Assembly (NCBI GenBank): GCA_030680695.1
Contig: JAUXUT010000149.1
Location: 357,000 to 420,999 of the forward strand
DNA length: 64,000 bases
Direction of reading: 5' to 3'
Source: a bacterium
GTDB taxonomy: Bacteria; Patescibacteriota; Minisyncoccia; Phycocordibacterales; UBA6065
Shown: one piece after another, positions 55,957-64,000 of the stretch
How positions within the stretch are numbered: position 1 is the first letter of the stretch
Layout of the letters: the number at the start of each line of letters is the position of its first letter
Notes under the pieces: generated by a model
Databases searched by the model: none
What the model was told of the DNA's origin: nothing
What the model saw: the letters and a program-made list of their open reading frames with translations, nothing else
Position numbers and translations under genes: made by a program

Positions 55957-58167
55957 ATGGAACCAAAGAAACCGCCATCCCAGCAACCATATCCGCCTGC
56001 AAACATCCCTGCGAAGTTCCTCAAACCATATGACCCAGCCTCGACGGAGGACGGCATATATAAGGCTTGGATTGATTCTGGATATTTCAACCCAGACAAT
56101 CTCCCTGCCCGTCACAAGGAGCCGTTCTCCATCGTGCTCCCACCTCCGAACGTGACGGGTATCCTTCATATGGGTTCAGCATTCATGATCGCCATCGAAG
56201 ACATCATGGTGCGATATAAACGTATGCGCGGATTCAAGACACTTTGGATTCCTGGAACGGATCATGCCGCCATTGCCACACAATCAAAAGTTGAGGGGGA
56301 TATATACAAAAAAGAAGGTAAGCGCCGCCAGGACCTCGGGCGCGAAGAACTGGTCCGCCGCATCGAAGCCTTCGCCAAAGAAAGCCACGACTCCATCGTG
56401 AATCAAATCCGCAAGGTCGGCGCATCAGTTGATTGGTCGCGTGAAGCGTACACCCTCGACGAGAAACGCTCGCTCGCTGTGCGAACCGTGTTCAAGATGA
56501 TGAATGACGAAGGCCTTATATACCGCGGCTATCGCGTTGTGAACTGGGACCCGAAAGGTCAGACGACCATATCAGACGACGAAATCGTATACACCGAGGG
56601 CAAGGGCAAGCTATACACCTTTAAATATTCAAAGGACTTCCCTATCTCTATCGCAACCACAAGACCAGAAACCAAAGTTGGCGACACTGGCGTTGCCGTG
56701 CATCCTGATGATCCCAGATATCAGCAATACATTGGCAAGGAATTCGATATCGAATTCGCGGGCGAGAAAATCCATATCAAAGTCGTTGGGGACAATGAAG
56801 TAAATCCGGAATTCGGCACAGGTGCGGTCGGAGTCACTCCAGCCCACAGTCACGTTGATTATGAAATTTCCCAACGTCATGGCTTGCCAATTGTTCCGGT
56901 CATAAACGAGTACGCCAAAATGAGCGTCACAGGCCCAATGCTCGCCGGCAAGAAAACAACCGACGCGCGCGAGACAGTTGTGGCTTGGCTCAAAGACCAG
57001 GGCCTTCTTGAAAAAGAAGAGGAAATCCCTCAAAACATGTCCACTGCCGAACGAACCGGCGGCATCGTTGAACCGTTGCCGAAACTACAATGGTTCGTGA
57101 ACGTGAATAAGAAAATACCTTCGCGAGGCAATCGATCCTTAAAGGAACTCATGCTCGACGCTGTGACGAAGGACGGTATCAAAATCATCCCGGAAAATTT
57201 CGAACGTGTGTATATGCATTGGATATCGAATCTCCGCGACTGGTGCATATCGCGCCAGATTTGGTTCGGTCATCGTGTGCCTGTTTGGTATCGCACAGAC
57301 GCGTCAGGAAAAGATGAATTGTATTGCGGCGTCACACCCCCATCCGGCGAAGGTTGGACACAAGATGAAGACACCCTCGACACCTGGTTCTCTTCGGGCC
57401 TTTGGACATTCTCTACTCTTGGTTGGCCTGAAGAAACCGCCGATTTCAAAACCTTCCACCCTACAGCTGTACTCGAAACGGGGTATGATATCCTGCCGTT
57501 CTGGGTCGCGCGAATGATACTTATGTCGCAATACGTGCTCGGTACTGTTCCATTTAAAACCGTCTATTTCCACGGCATCGTACGTGACGAGAAGGGCCGT
57601 AAAATTTCAAAGTCGCTAGGTAACAACATTGATCCAGTGGACATGGCTATGAAATATGGTGCCGATGCTGTACGCATGGGCCTCATTGTTGGCACAGGTC
57701 CCGGTTCAGATTCGAAAATCAGCGAAAACAAGATAAAAGGCTACAAGAACTTCGCGAACAAAATCTGGAACATCACCCGATTCGTCCTTTCTTCGACTGA
57801 AGGTGTTTCTCTCGACCGTGGCTTCACAGAATGGTCTGCGGACGACGCAAAAATTATGTCTAACTTCTCTGCCCTGCTCGTCGAAGTGACAAAAGAAATG
57901 GACGAATTCAAATATCACATTGTTGCCGAGAAACTATACGGATATGTATGGCGCGAATTCGCCGATGTCATACTCGAAGCATCAAAAAAAGTGCTCGCCG
58001 AAGGAAGCGATGCGGATAAAATATCCCGAAAACAACTCCTCCTCCACATCCTTGAAAAATCCCTACGCGCCCTTCATCCTTTCGCGCCTTTCGTAACCGA
58101 GGAAATATGGAAAGATATGCCGATAGCGGACAAAAAACCCCTCATTATCGAGGAATGGCCACGGTAA
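55957..58167 (+). CDS. valS: Valine--tRNA ligase (compact)
   Basis: PPPNVTG.LHMG, GTDHAAIATQ, DWCISRQ, DTLDTWFSS, KISKS. Ends at EEWPR without the C-terminal coiled-coil arm. Confidence 0.96.
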   Translation: MEPKKPPSQQPYPPANIPAKFLKPYDPASTEDGIYKAWIDSGYFNPDNLPARHKEPFSIVLPPPNVTGILHMGSAFMIAIEDIMVRYKRMRGFKTLWIPGTDHAAIATQSKVEGDIYKKEGKRRQDLGREELVRRIEAFAKESHDSIVNQIRKVGASVDWSREAYTLDEKRSLAVRTVFKMMNDEGLIYRGYRVVNWDPKGQTTISDDEIVYTEGKGKLYTFKYSKDFPISIATTRPETKVGDTGVAVHPDDPRYQQYIGKEFDIEFAGEKIHIKVVGDNEVNPEFGTGAVGVTPAHSHVDYEISQRHGLPIVPVINEYAKMSVTGPMLAGKKTTDARETVVAWLKDQGLLEKEEEIPQNMSTAERTGGIVEPLPKLQWFVNVNKKIPSRGNRSLKELMLDAVTKDGIKIIPENFERVYMHWISNLRDWCISRQIWFGHRVPVWYRTDASGKDELYCGVTPPSGEGWTQDEDTLDTWFSSGLWTFSTLGWPEETADFKTFHPTAVLETGYDILPFWVARMILMSQYVLGTVPFKTVYFHGIVRDEKGRKISKSLGNNIDPVDMAMKYGADAVRMGLIVGTGPGSDSKISENKIKGYKNFANKIWNITRFVLSSTEGVSLDRGFTEWSADDAKIMSNFSALLVEVTKEMDEFKYHIVAEKLYGYVWREFADVILEASKKVLAEGSDADKISRKQLLLHILEKSLRALHPFAPFVTEEIWKDMPIADKKPLIIEEWPR

Positions 58168-58189
58168 AGGTGCGGTAGAATAGATACGT

Positions 58190-58897
58190 ATGCTCGAAAG
58201 CATCCCTATGTCGTCCGCTCTCTTTTATTCTCTCATCGGAGGTATCCTTCCTGCCCTTTTCTGGCTCTGGTTTTGGACGCGGGAAGACAAACTCCATCCG
58301 GAGCCGCGATCCCGTCTCCTTCTCACCTTCATCGCCGGTATGATTGCTGTGCCACTCGTGTACTTTCCACAGCGTTGGACTTATGAATATTTTGGCACAA
58401 TAAACACGTCGCTTCTCCTCGCCTGGGCGGTCATCGAGGAACTAGCAAAATATATCGTCGTAGGTTTCGCAGCACTGCGCAGTCGAGATTATGACGAACC
58501 GATTGATGCCATGACATACCTCATCACTGGCGCCCTCGGTTTTGCGGCTCTCGAAAACACACTTTTTATCCTCAATCCGTTCCTTGCGGGCGAAACGATG
58601 CAAACAATATTCGCCCAAGGCAATATGCGTTTTATTGGGGCATCACTCCTGCATGTTGTCACTGCTGCGGTGCTCGGATACTGTATAGGTCGCGAGTTTT
58701 ATAGGCCTACGATTGAAAAGAATCTCTGGCGTATATTCGGCCTCTCTCTCGCCATCGCATTGCACACTCTCTTCAACGTGTTTATAATATACGGGAACGG
58801 AAGCAAGACTTTTCTCGTCTTCTCGTGCGTATGGATTGCTGGGATTATAGTCCTACTTCTATTCGAGAAAATAAAACAGATAAAAGCCAACAACTAA
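58190..58897 (+). CDS. PrsW-family intramembrane metalloprotease
   Basis: IEELAK, GFAALEN, LLH, LHTLFN. Confidence 0.9.
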   Translation: MLESIPMSSALFYSLIGGILPALFWLWFWTREDKLHPEPRSRLLLTFIAGMIAVPLVYFPQRWTYEYFGTINTSLLLAWAVIEELAKYIVVGFAALRSRDYDEPIDAMTYLITGALGFAALENTLFILNPFLAGETMQTIFAQGNMRFIGASLLHVVTAAVLGYCIGREFYRPTIEKNLWRIFGLSLAIALHTLFNVFIIYGNGSKTFLVFSCVWIAGIIVLLLFEKIKQIKANN

Positions 58898-58898
58898 C

Positions 58899-59348
58899 AT
58901 GCAACCAGCGAAAAAATCGTTCTTCGAGCGTCTCACCGGCAATGGCAGGGTCGAGGACGAGATGATTGATGGCGAGGAATCAGATTCTCGCGCCAACATA
59001 CTCGAAGAGTCTGAAACAGACGGTCAACTCACCGTGGATGTATACCAAACTCCTAATGAAATCGTCATCAGGACGATGGTTGCTGGTGTAAAACCAGAAG
59101 ATCTCGACATAAACATCACCCGCGACATGGTTTCTATACGAGGCAGCCGCGAAGAATCGACAGAATCCCACAACCAGGATTATTTCCATCGCGAACTTTA
59201 CTGGGGCTCATTCTCAAGGACCATCATGCTCCCCGAGGAAATCGAGGTTGAGGAAGCAGAGGCCGTCGAGAGACATGGACTCCTCACCATCAAGCTTCCA
59301 AAAATAGACAAGTCCAAGCAAAATAAGCTCCGCGTAAAGTCGGTATAG
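58899..59348 (+). CDS. Hsp20/alpha-crystallin chaperone
   Basis: VDVYQT, AGVKPEDLDI, ELYWGSFSRTIMLP, GLLTIKLPK. Confidence 0.93.
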   Translation: MQPAKKSFFERLTGNGRVEDEMIDGEESDSRANILEESETDGQLTVDVYQTPNEIVIRTMVAGVKPEDLDINITRDMVSIRGSREESTESHNQDYFHRELYWGSFSRTIMLPEEIEVEEAEAVERHGLLTIKLPKIDKSKQNKLRVKSV

Positions 59349-59405
59349 GCGCCACAAGGCCCCCTAGACGCAAGAAATCGCCCTATACGGGGCGATTTCT
59401 TGTTT

Positions 59406-59481
59406 TGGTGCTTGGACCCAGGTTCGAACTGGGGACCCCTTCCTCTTCAGGGAAGTGCTCTACCAACTGAGCTATCCAAGC
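59406..59481 (-). tRNA. tRNA-Phe(GAA)
   Basis: Acceptor GCTTGGA/TCCAAGC, arm CTTCC-CTGAAGA-GGAAG, GTTCGAACC, encoded CCA. Confidence 0.94.
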
Positions 59482-59542
59482 AATCCTGGCCCACCGTGGG
59501 CCCGTATAATGTAAGCTTTTTTGAGCCAAATCGCAAGCAGAA

Positions 59543-59764
59543 CTATGTGGTGCCAAATACAGCCTCTTCCAAGGAACCAACGCGGTTGTCGTCAATCCGA
59601 TTTGAAAGTGCATTGAAACGATAGTCGATCTTTTGATCGAGACCGTCGATTTTTTTATCCAACCTCCCGATTTCGGTTCTCAGCTCATGGCGCATGACGT
59701 CTTTAACCTCTTCGAGGCCCCGCATCGTCATTTCAGCCAGCTTGTCGATAGTAATCTTCCCCAT
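59543..59764 (-). CDS. Small coiled-coil hypothetical protein
   Basis: ITIDKLAEM..RG, LDKKIDGLDQKID, RVGSLE; leaderless -10 upstream. Confidence 0.7.
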   Translation of the reverse strand: MGKITIDKLAEMTMRGLEEVKDVMRHELRTEIGRLDKKIDGLDQKIDYRFNALSNRIDDNRVGSLEEAVFGTT

Positions 59765-59831
59765 GCCGTCATCTTAACACAGCAACAATCTCCGTAGAGA
59801 GTGGAACGATATCCACACTTTTAGATTTTAT

Positions 59832-60050
59832 TTAGATCGAAAGGATCTGACTGTACGCGTCCTTCGCGGTATCCACATATGGCTGTAGGAAATACAAGGC
59901 CCCTAGCGAAAGACCGATAATAAATAACCAGTAAACGGCCGTCATGATGTTCGCTATGCGGCGGGAGCGTTTGAGCATCTTGAGATCGCGCGAGTTGGAG
60001 GCGGTCGCTTCGCGTATTTCTACTAACATCTGGTGTTCTTCTGGTGTCAT
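59832..60050 (-). CDS. Small membrane hypothetical protein
   Basis: MTPEE...RSRR, one TM helix, YFLQPY. Confidence 0.75.
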   Translation of the reverse strand: MTPEEHQMLVEIREATASNSRDLKMLKRSRRIANIMTAVYWLFIIGLSLGALYFLQPYVDTAKDAYSQILSI

Positions 60051-60069
60051 GAGTCTATGATATCACGGC

Positions 60070-63000
60070 TTACCCGGTCGCCTCTTCTTCTAGCACCGGC
60101 TCTGGTTCTTGTGCCTCATCATTGTCGTAATTTACGAGTGAAACCGTCTTCGCTGATACACCGTTCCAATTGATATCCACGCTCGACGATACTCCAACTA
60201 TGACCGTGTACGAGACGGGTCCATCAATCTCGGAGTCATCGACACCGGTAATCGTTATCGTCTGATAGACATTCCAGTTCGACGGTGTAAACGTAATTGT
60301 TGAATGCGATAACTCGCCCTCAGTCGGATCAGATATCGTTATCGGGAACGTGACGTCGGCAAGAGGGGCGGAATCTAGTACAACCGTGAACGATGCGGCG
60401 CCGCCCCCCTCGCTTGTCGATAATTCTGGTGCGTGGGTAATGGTGTACTTACCTGTGGCTGTCGAAACCGGCGATTCATCGACGTTGTTATTCCCGGCAT
60501 TAGACTGAGGCTCTGGATTGCCAGAAGGCGCAACTGTGCCGCCACAGACACCGGACTCGCTCTTCATTGCACCGTTCTCGACGAACATACAAACTGGCTC
60601 CCCTGTCGCGCGGTCAAATATGGTGATACCTGATGCCGCAAGGTTATTCGTATCGCCAACTGTAAGGCTTTTTGTCTGGATGAAGTCTGCAACAATTGCC
60701 ACAAATCTGACATACGCGTTCTCGATCGTCGCGCCTAACGATGAGAACCAACCAGAGACAATGGACGTAACGGTCGAGGTTGAGGTCTGACCCATGGTTG
60801 AGCCGCTTGCTAACAGCGACTCGATGGAGTCAAGCCTGCTTTCCGTGAGCGAAAGGCGTGCTGTCGTAGACGCGAGCGAGATATCTAACTCTTTCACCGC
60901 ATTTACGATTGATGCTAGTATTGGCCTTTCAGCGAGCGACAGATATCCTTGCGAATTAGTAAATACAGCTTCAGGTATGAATTCCCCGATGTTCTGCGCA
61001 GAGAATCCGGCATATACGTTGAACGTTTCTAGACCCGACGTCCCATTCCATCGGTACAGGATTGGGGTTATACCGCGGATATCAGCGAGGCCACGTCCAA
61101 ACGAGCCTGTTATGTCCTTGAGCCTTTCATCGGACGACGCTGTGACGTTTCCAAGCGTATCTGTCACGAGGTTTCCGCCCGCACTACCGAGTGCTTCGAA
61201 ACGAACAGTACCGGTGTTCGTAAGCTGAGCCGATGGTGAGGTGGTACCGATGCCCACGTTCCCTCCGCTTGTCACAACGAACCGCGACGATGTCGCAAGA
61301 GCTGTGACACTCGAGACGCGAAACAGGTCCGACGTTGCGTTATTGAGTCCGACTAGGTCGAGGCGTGCGGCCGGGGTCGTCGACCCGATGCCGACCGAGC
61401 CCGATCGCATGGTTACGATCTGCTCTCCTGCCGCGTAAAACGTGAGGAGGTTCTGGATAGCGCCTATGTCAGAGCCGAACTGTATGCCCCTATCAGAACC
61501 GACGACCTTCACGTCAATGACAGGCCTGTCTGTGCCGCCCTGATATGTAGAAAGAGTGAATGGGTTGTTGGAACTGAACCTATTAGTTATGGTCGTGCGA
61601 TATATGTCACTTGCAGAAAGGCGTATATCCGTTTGGGCGTTCTGTCGATATGCCTCAATCGTGGTACCAGGAGTCGTAGTACCAATACCGACATTACCCT
61701 CATTCGTGATCCTGAGCCTTTCGACTATAGAAGCTCCTGTCCCTCCAGAGTTTGTGAAGAAAGTGAGACCAGACTGAAAGTTACCTGTGTTTTCACGAAC
61801 ACCAGCTATCCTCGCGCCAATCGAGTCAGAACCGAAGAAGTCGAAATCTATAGCAGCAGAAGTACCAACTGCACCGCCTTCATTTTTGAGTTTAACTCCA
61901 GCAATAGTATTACCAGAACTTGAACTATAGACCTCAAGTTTTCTCGTAGCACTTACCGTGCCGATACCAACATTTCCATTATCCAACACGGTCACTCGTG
62001 GGGTATTTGCAGAGTCAGCAAGCTGTAAAAGATTTCCTGTGCCGGTGCCAGAACCTGTGACAGAAAGCTTCGCAGAAGGAGATGTTGTACCGATGCCGAC
62101 GTTTCCATTATCAAGCACCGTGAACCTTTCAACATTAGCCGAATTCGCAACTGTGAATGCTCTACCCGTGCCGGTGCCGGAACCTGTGACAGAAAGCTTC
62201 GCAGAAGGAGATGTTGTACCGATGCCGAAGTTGCCCGTAGGAGATACCGCGAAACTGTACGCGCCCGCAACATCATCAAAGAGACCAATCCCACCCGCAA
62301 GCGTTCCGGCGGAATCGCTCGCTATAATACGCCATGAGCGACCGCCCGTTCCGGTGTTAAGGAGGCCTAAAGAGAGATTTCCCTGGGCGGCAAGCTGCGC
62401 CGATCCAGAGATGGTCAATGAGAAGCCAGGGGTTGTTGTACCAATTCCGACGTTACCTGCGGCGGTAATCCTCATCTTTTCTGAAGCGGTAACTCCTGAA
62501 GATGTATAAAATGCCATCACAGAACCGTACCCACCTCCGGAATAGACTCCGAGCGCCTTGAGGTTGATCACCGATGTACCAACACCCCCCGGATTTGTAT
62601 AAGAACCATCAACTCCGAAACCACTACCGTAGTTCGAGTTCAAAGATGGCGTATTCACCATGAGAGACGATCCAGCAGTGCCCACTGCTCCAACAGTAAG
62701 CTGACCGGTTGTAAGAGTACTACCCCCAACACCCCAAGAAAGGCTTGAAGAACCCGTAAAGGAAACTGTACCGGTAGCCGTGAGATTCGCTACTGAAAGA
62801 TTACCAGAAAAGAGTCCATCACCCTGAACCGAAAACTTTTGTGAAGGTGTAGTTGTGCCGATTCCGACGTTTCCATTATCAAGCACAGTGAACCTTTCCG
62901 TGTTCGCCGAATTCGCAACTGTGAATGCCCTACCTGTGCCGGTGCCAGAACCTGTGACCGCAAGACGTGCTACTGGCGATGTTGTGCCTATTCCAACGGC

Positions 63001-64000
63001 CGTAGTGGTATAACGAACCAACTCGGTGCCACCCACATAAAATGATATCGGTCTGCCTGAATTGTCTCCTTCAAAATATGACCCCACAGAGTCGGCTCCA
63101 AGCCTGAAGAAACTTCCAGGCGTACTAGCACTGTGAAAAGCTCCGACACCGACAACATCAAGTGCCCGTGATGGTGTAGTTGTGCCGATACCCACATTCC
63201 CCGACGCCGTCACAGTAAACCTGGTTGAACCACTTGTTTCTAAATGCAAATCATTTGCATCATTCGTGCCCAGTATTGCAGCAGCCCCGAATGAATTGCC
63301 GTTGTGTTGGAAGAACGACGCACCGAAACCAAGAGATGATGTGGCAATCGACGTAACATTACCACTCTGGCCGAAGAGGACGCCTGAAAGGGATCCGACC
63401 GAAAGACCTGATGTGGTGGTGGTTCCAGTTGCGGTCATGTCCACTGATGTGAGATTGCCCGTGAAGTATCCATTACCCTCGACAGAGAGGCGCTCTGAAG
63501 GAGACGTGGTACCGATGCCGACGTTGCCTGTGGAAGTAATACGCATCGCCTCGGATGCTCCCGTGTAGAAACTAAGGAGTGCGGCCCCTACACCCGAAGC
63601 GGTCCTCGACTGAATAAAGCTTCCAGTGGCATCGACTCCGAAATCAAGTTGATTGACAGAGTTCACCACTTTCACATTTGTGTCGTCGGCTGTATCGCGC
63701 GCAACAACAAGTCTCTGTGTTGGAGATGTGGTGCCGATACCGATGTTGCCATCAGCAGTCACTGTGACACGCGCGATACCATTCGTCTCGAAGTTTAGGT
63801 CGAACGCATCGTTTGTTCCAATCGTCGTGGTGGTTCCGAACGAGTTACCGTCGTTCATGAATGCATCGCCGACGATTGCTGCAACCGATGTTGTACCGAC
63901 ATCACCATTAGCAGCGACAAGTATTCCAGTGAGTCCACCGAGAGTGAGCGAACCTTGCACCGATATATTGCCGCCGACAGATGCGTTATCTGCGATAGAT
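60070..64000 (-). CDS. Giant fibre-like surface protein: GNVGIGTT repeats, S74 intramolecular chaperone, Calx-beta-like C-terminus (5' partial)
   Basis: About 12 G(N)VGIG(T/S)T units; SSDERLK...GFSAQ...NAVKEL; FTVVLDSAP...FTPSNWN...GVDD. The frame stays open to the window edge (SIADNASVGGNIS). Confidence 0.88.
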   Translation of the reverse strand, partial: SIADNASVGGNISVQGSLTLGGLTGILVAANGDVGTTSVAAIVGDAFMNDGNSFGTTTTIGTNDAFDLNFETNGIARVTVTADGNIGIGTTSPTQRLVVARDTADDTNVKVVNSVNQLDFGVDATGSFIQSRTASGVGAALLSFYTGASEAMRITSTGNVGIGTTSPSERLSVEGNGYFTGNLTSVDMTATGTTTTSGLSVGSLSGVLFGQSGNVTSIATSSLGFGASFFQHNGNSFGAAAILGTNDANDLHLETSGSTRFTVTASGNVGIGTTTPSRALDVVGVGAFHSASTPGSFFRLGADSVGSYFEGDNSGRPISFYVGGTELVRYTTTAVGIGTTSPVARLAVTGSGTGTGRAFTVANSANTERFTVLDNGNVGIGTTTPSQKFSVQGDGLFSGNLSVANLTATGTVSFTGSSSLSWGVGGSTLTTGQLTVGAVGTAGSSLMVNTPSLNSNYGSGFGVDGSYTNPGGVGTSVINLKALGVYSGGGYGSVMAFYTSSGVTASEKMRITAAGNVGIGTTTPGFSLTISGSAQLAAQGNLSLGLLNTGTGGRSWRIIASDSAGTLAGGIGLFDDVAGAYSFAVSPTGNFGIGTTSPSAKLSVTGSGTGTGRAFTVANSANVERFTVLDNGNVGIGTTSPSAKLSVTGSGTGTGNLLQLADSANTPRVTVLDNGNVGIGTVSATRKLEVYSSSSGNTIAGVKLKNEGGAVGTSAAIDFDFFGSDSIGARIAGVRENTGNFQSGLTFFTNSGGTGASIVERLRITNEGNVGIGTTTPGTTIEAYRQNAQTDIRLSASDIYRTTITNRFSSNNPFTLSTYQGGTDRPVIDVKVVGSDRGIQFGSDIGAIQNLLTFYAAGEQIVTMRSGSVGIGSTTPAARLDLVGLNNATSDLFRVSSVTALATSSRFVVTSGGNVGIGTTSPSAQLTNTGTVRFEALGSAGGNLVTDTLGNVTASSDERLKDITGSFGRGLADIRGITPILYRWNGTSGLETFNVYAGFSAQNIGEFIPEAVFTNSQGYLSLAERPILASIVNAVKELDISLASTTARLSLTESRLDSIESLLASGSTMGQTSTSTVTSIVSGWFSSLGATIENAYVRFVAIVADFIQTKSLTVGDTNNLAASGITIFDRATGEPVCMFVENGAMKSESGVCGGTVAPSGNPEPQSNAGNNNVDESPVSTATGKYTITHAPELSTSEGGGAASFTVVLDSAPLADVTFPITISDPTEGELSHSTITFTPSNWNVYQTITITGVDDSEIDGPVSYTVIVGVSSSVDINWNGVSAKTVSLVNYDNDEAQEPEPVLEEEATG
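62039..62958. repeat. Near-identical DNA repeats inside the fibre gene
   Basis: 62041-62099 matches 62170-62228 (offset 129, 1 mismatch); 62096-62190 resembles 62864-62958 (offset 768). Confidence 0.8.

Noticed and set aside
55957-58167. valS, infB or prfA as truncated pseudogenes
   Set aside because: Catalytic or signature motifs visible in the window are intact. The missing parts are peripheral domains, consistent with streamlining.
1-64000. Alternative genetic code 25 (UGA=Gly) as in Gracilibacteria/Absconditabacteria
   Set aside because: Conserved genes are full length in code 11, and TGA ends genes such as tsaD at the expected position.
1-64000. CRISPR array, integrase, transposase or reverse transcriptase/DGR
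   Set aside because: No regularly spaced repeats or such ORFs were seen. Differences between the fibre repeats are not adenine-specific.
60070-64000. Prophage tail-fibre region
   Set aside because: No capsid, terminase or integrase genes are in the window and the neighbours are cellular. Sequence beyond the right edge cannot be assessed.

Overview
A gene-dense bacterial chromosomal segment in genetic code 11. Its content points to Patescibacteria/CPR, most likely Parcubacteria (inference from the short IF2, ValRS and RF1, tandem VirB2/TrbC-like pilins, a giant GNVGIGT-repeat surface protein and no biosynthetic pathways). It holds about 60 CDS, mostly housekeeping (prfA, rpmE, rplY, serS, dprA, topA, parB, miaA, rarA, rpmG, alr, clpB, infB, rbfA, gyrA, rpsA, pth, lepB, rpsU, ybeY, ftsA, ftsZ, trxB, mscL, tsaD, valS), and 11 tRNA genes. 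Two small proteins were missed by the ORF track: a KGG stress peptide and a 37-aa protamine-like peptide. The best leads are six. (1) Two free-standing LAGLIDADG endonuclease genes are fused to tRNA ends: one starts one base after tRNA-Leu(CAA); the other has its stop codon inside tRNA-Cys and its start codon inside a perfect hairpin whose loop is a -10 box. (2) A dispersed family of five structured elements at gene 3' ends shares a covarying GA-hairpin-GAG core. (3) A catalytically degenerate HisRS paralog is followed by one of those elements. (4) A consensus promoter drives an ORF-less, terminator-bounded structured RNA beside a TrmB-like gene and a 37-bp palindrome. (5) Four promoters share TTGACAAA...GGGTGTATAAT. 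(6) Leaderless gene starts are pervasive, and several CDSs abut tRNA 3' ends. No CRISPR, rRNA, integrase or transposase was seen. All calls are by eye; no database search was run.
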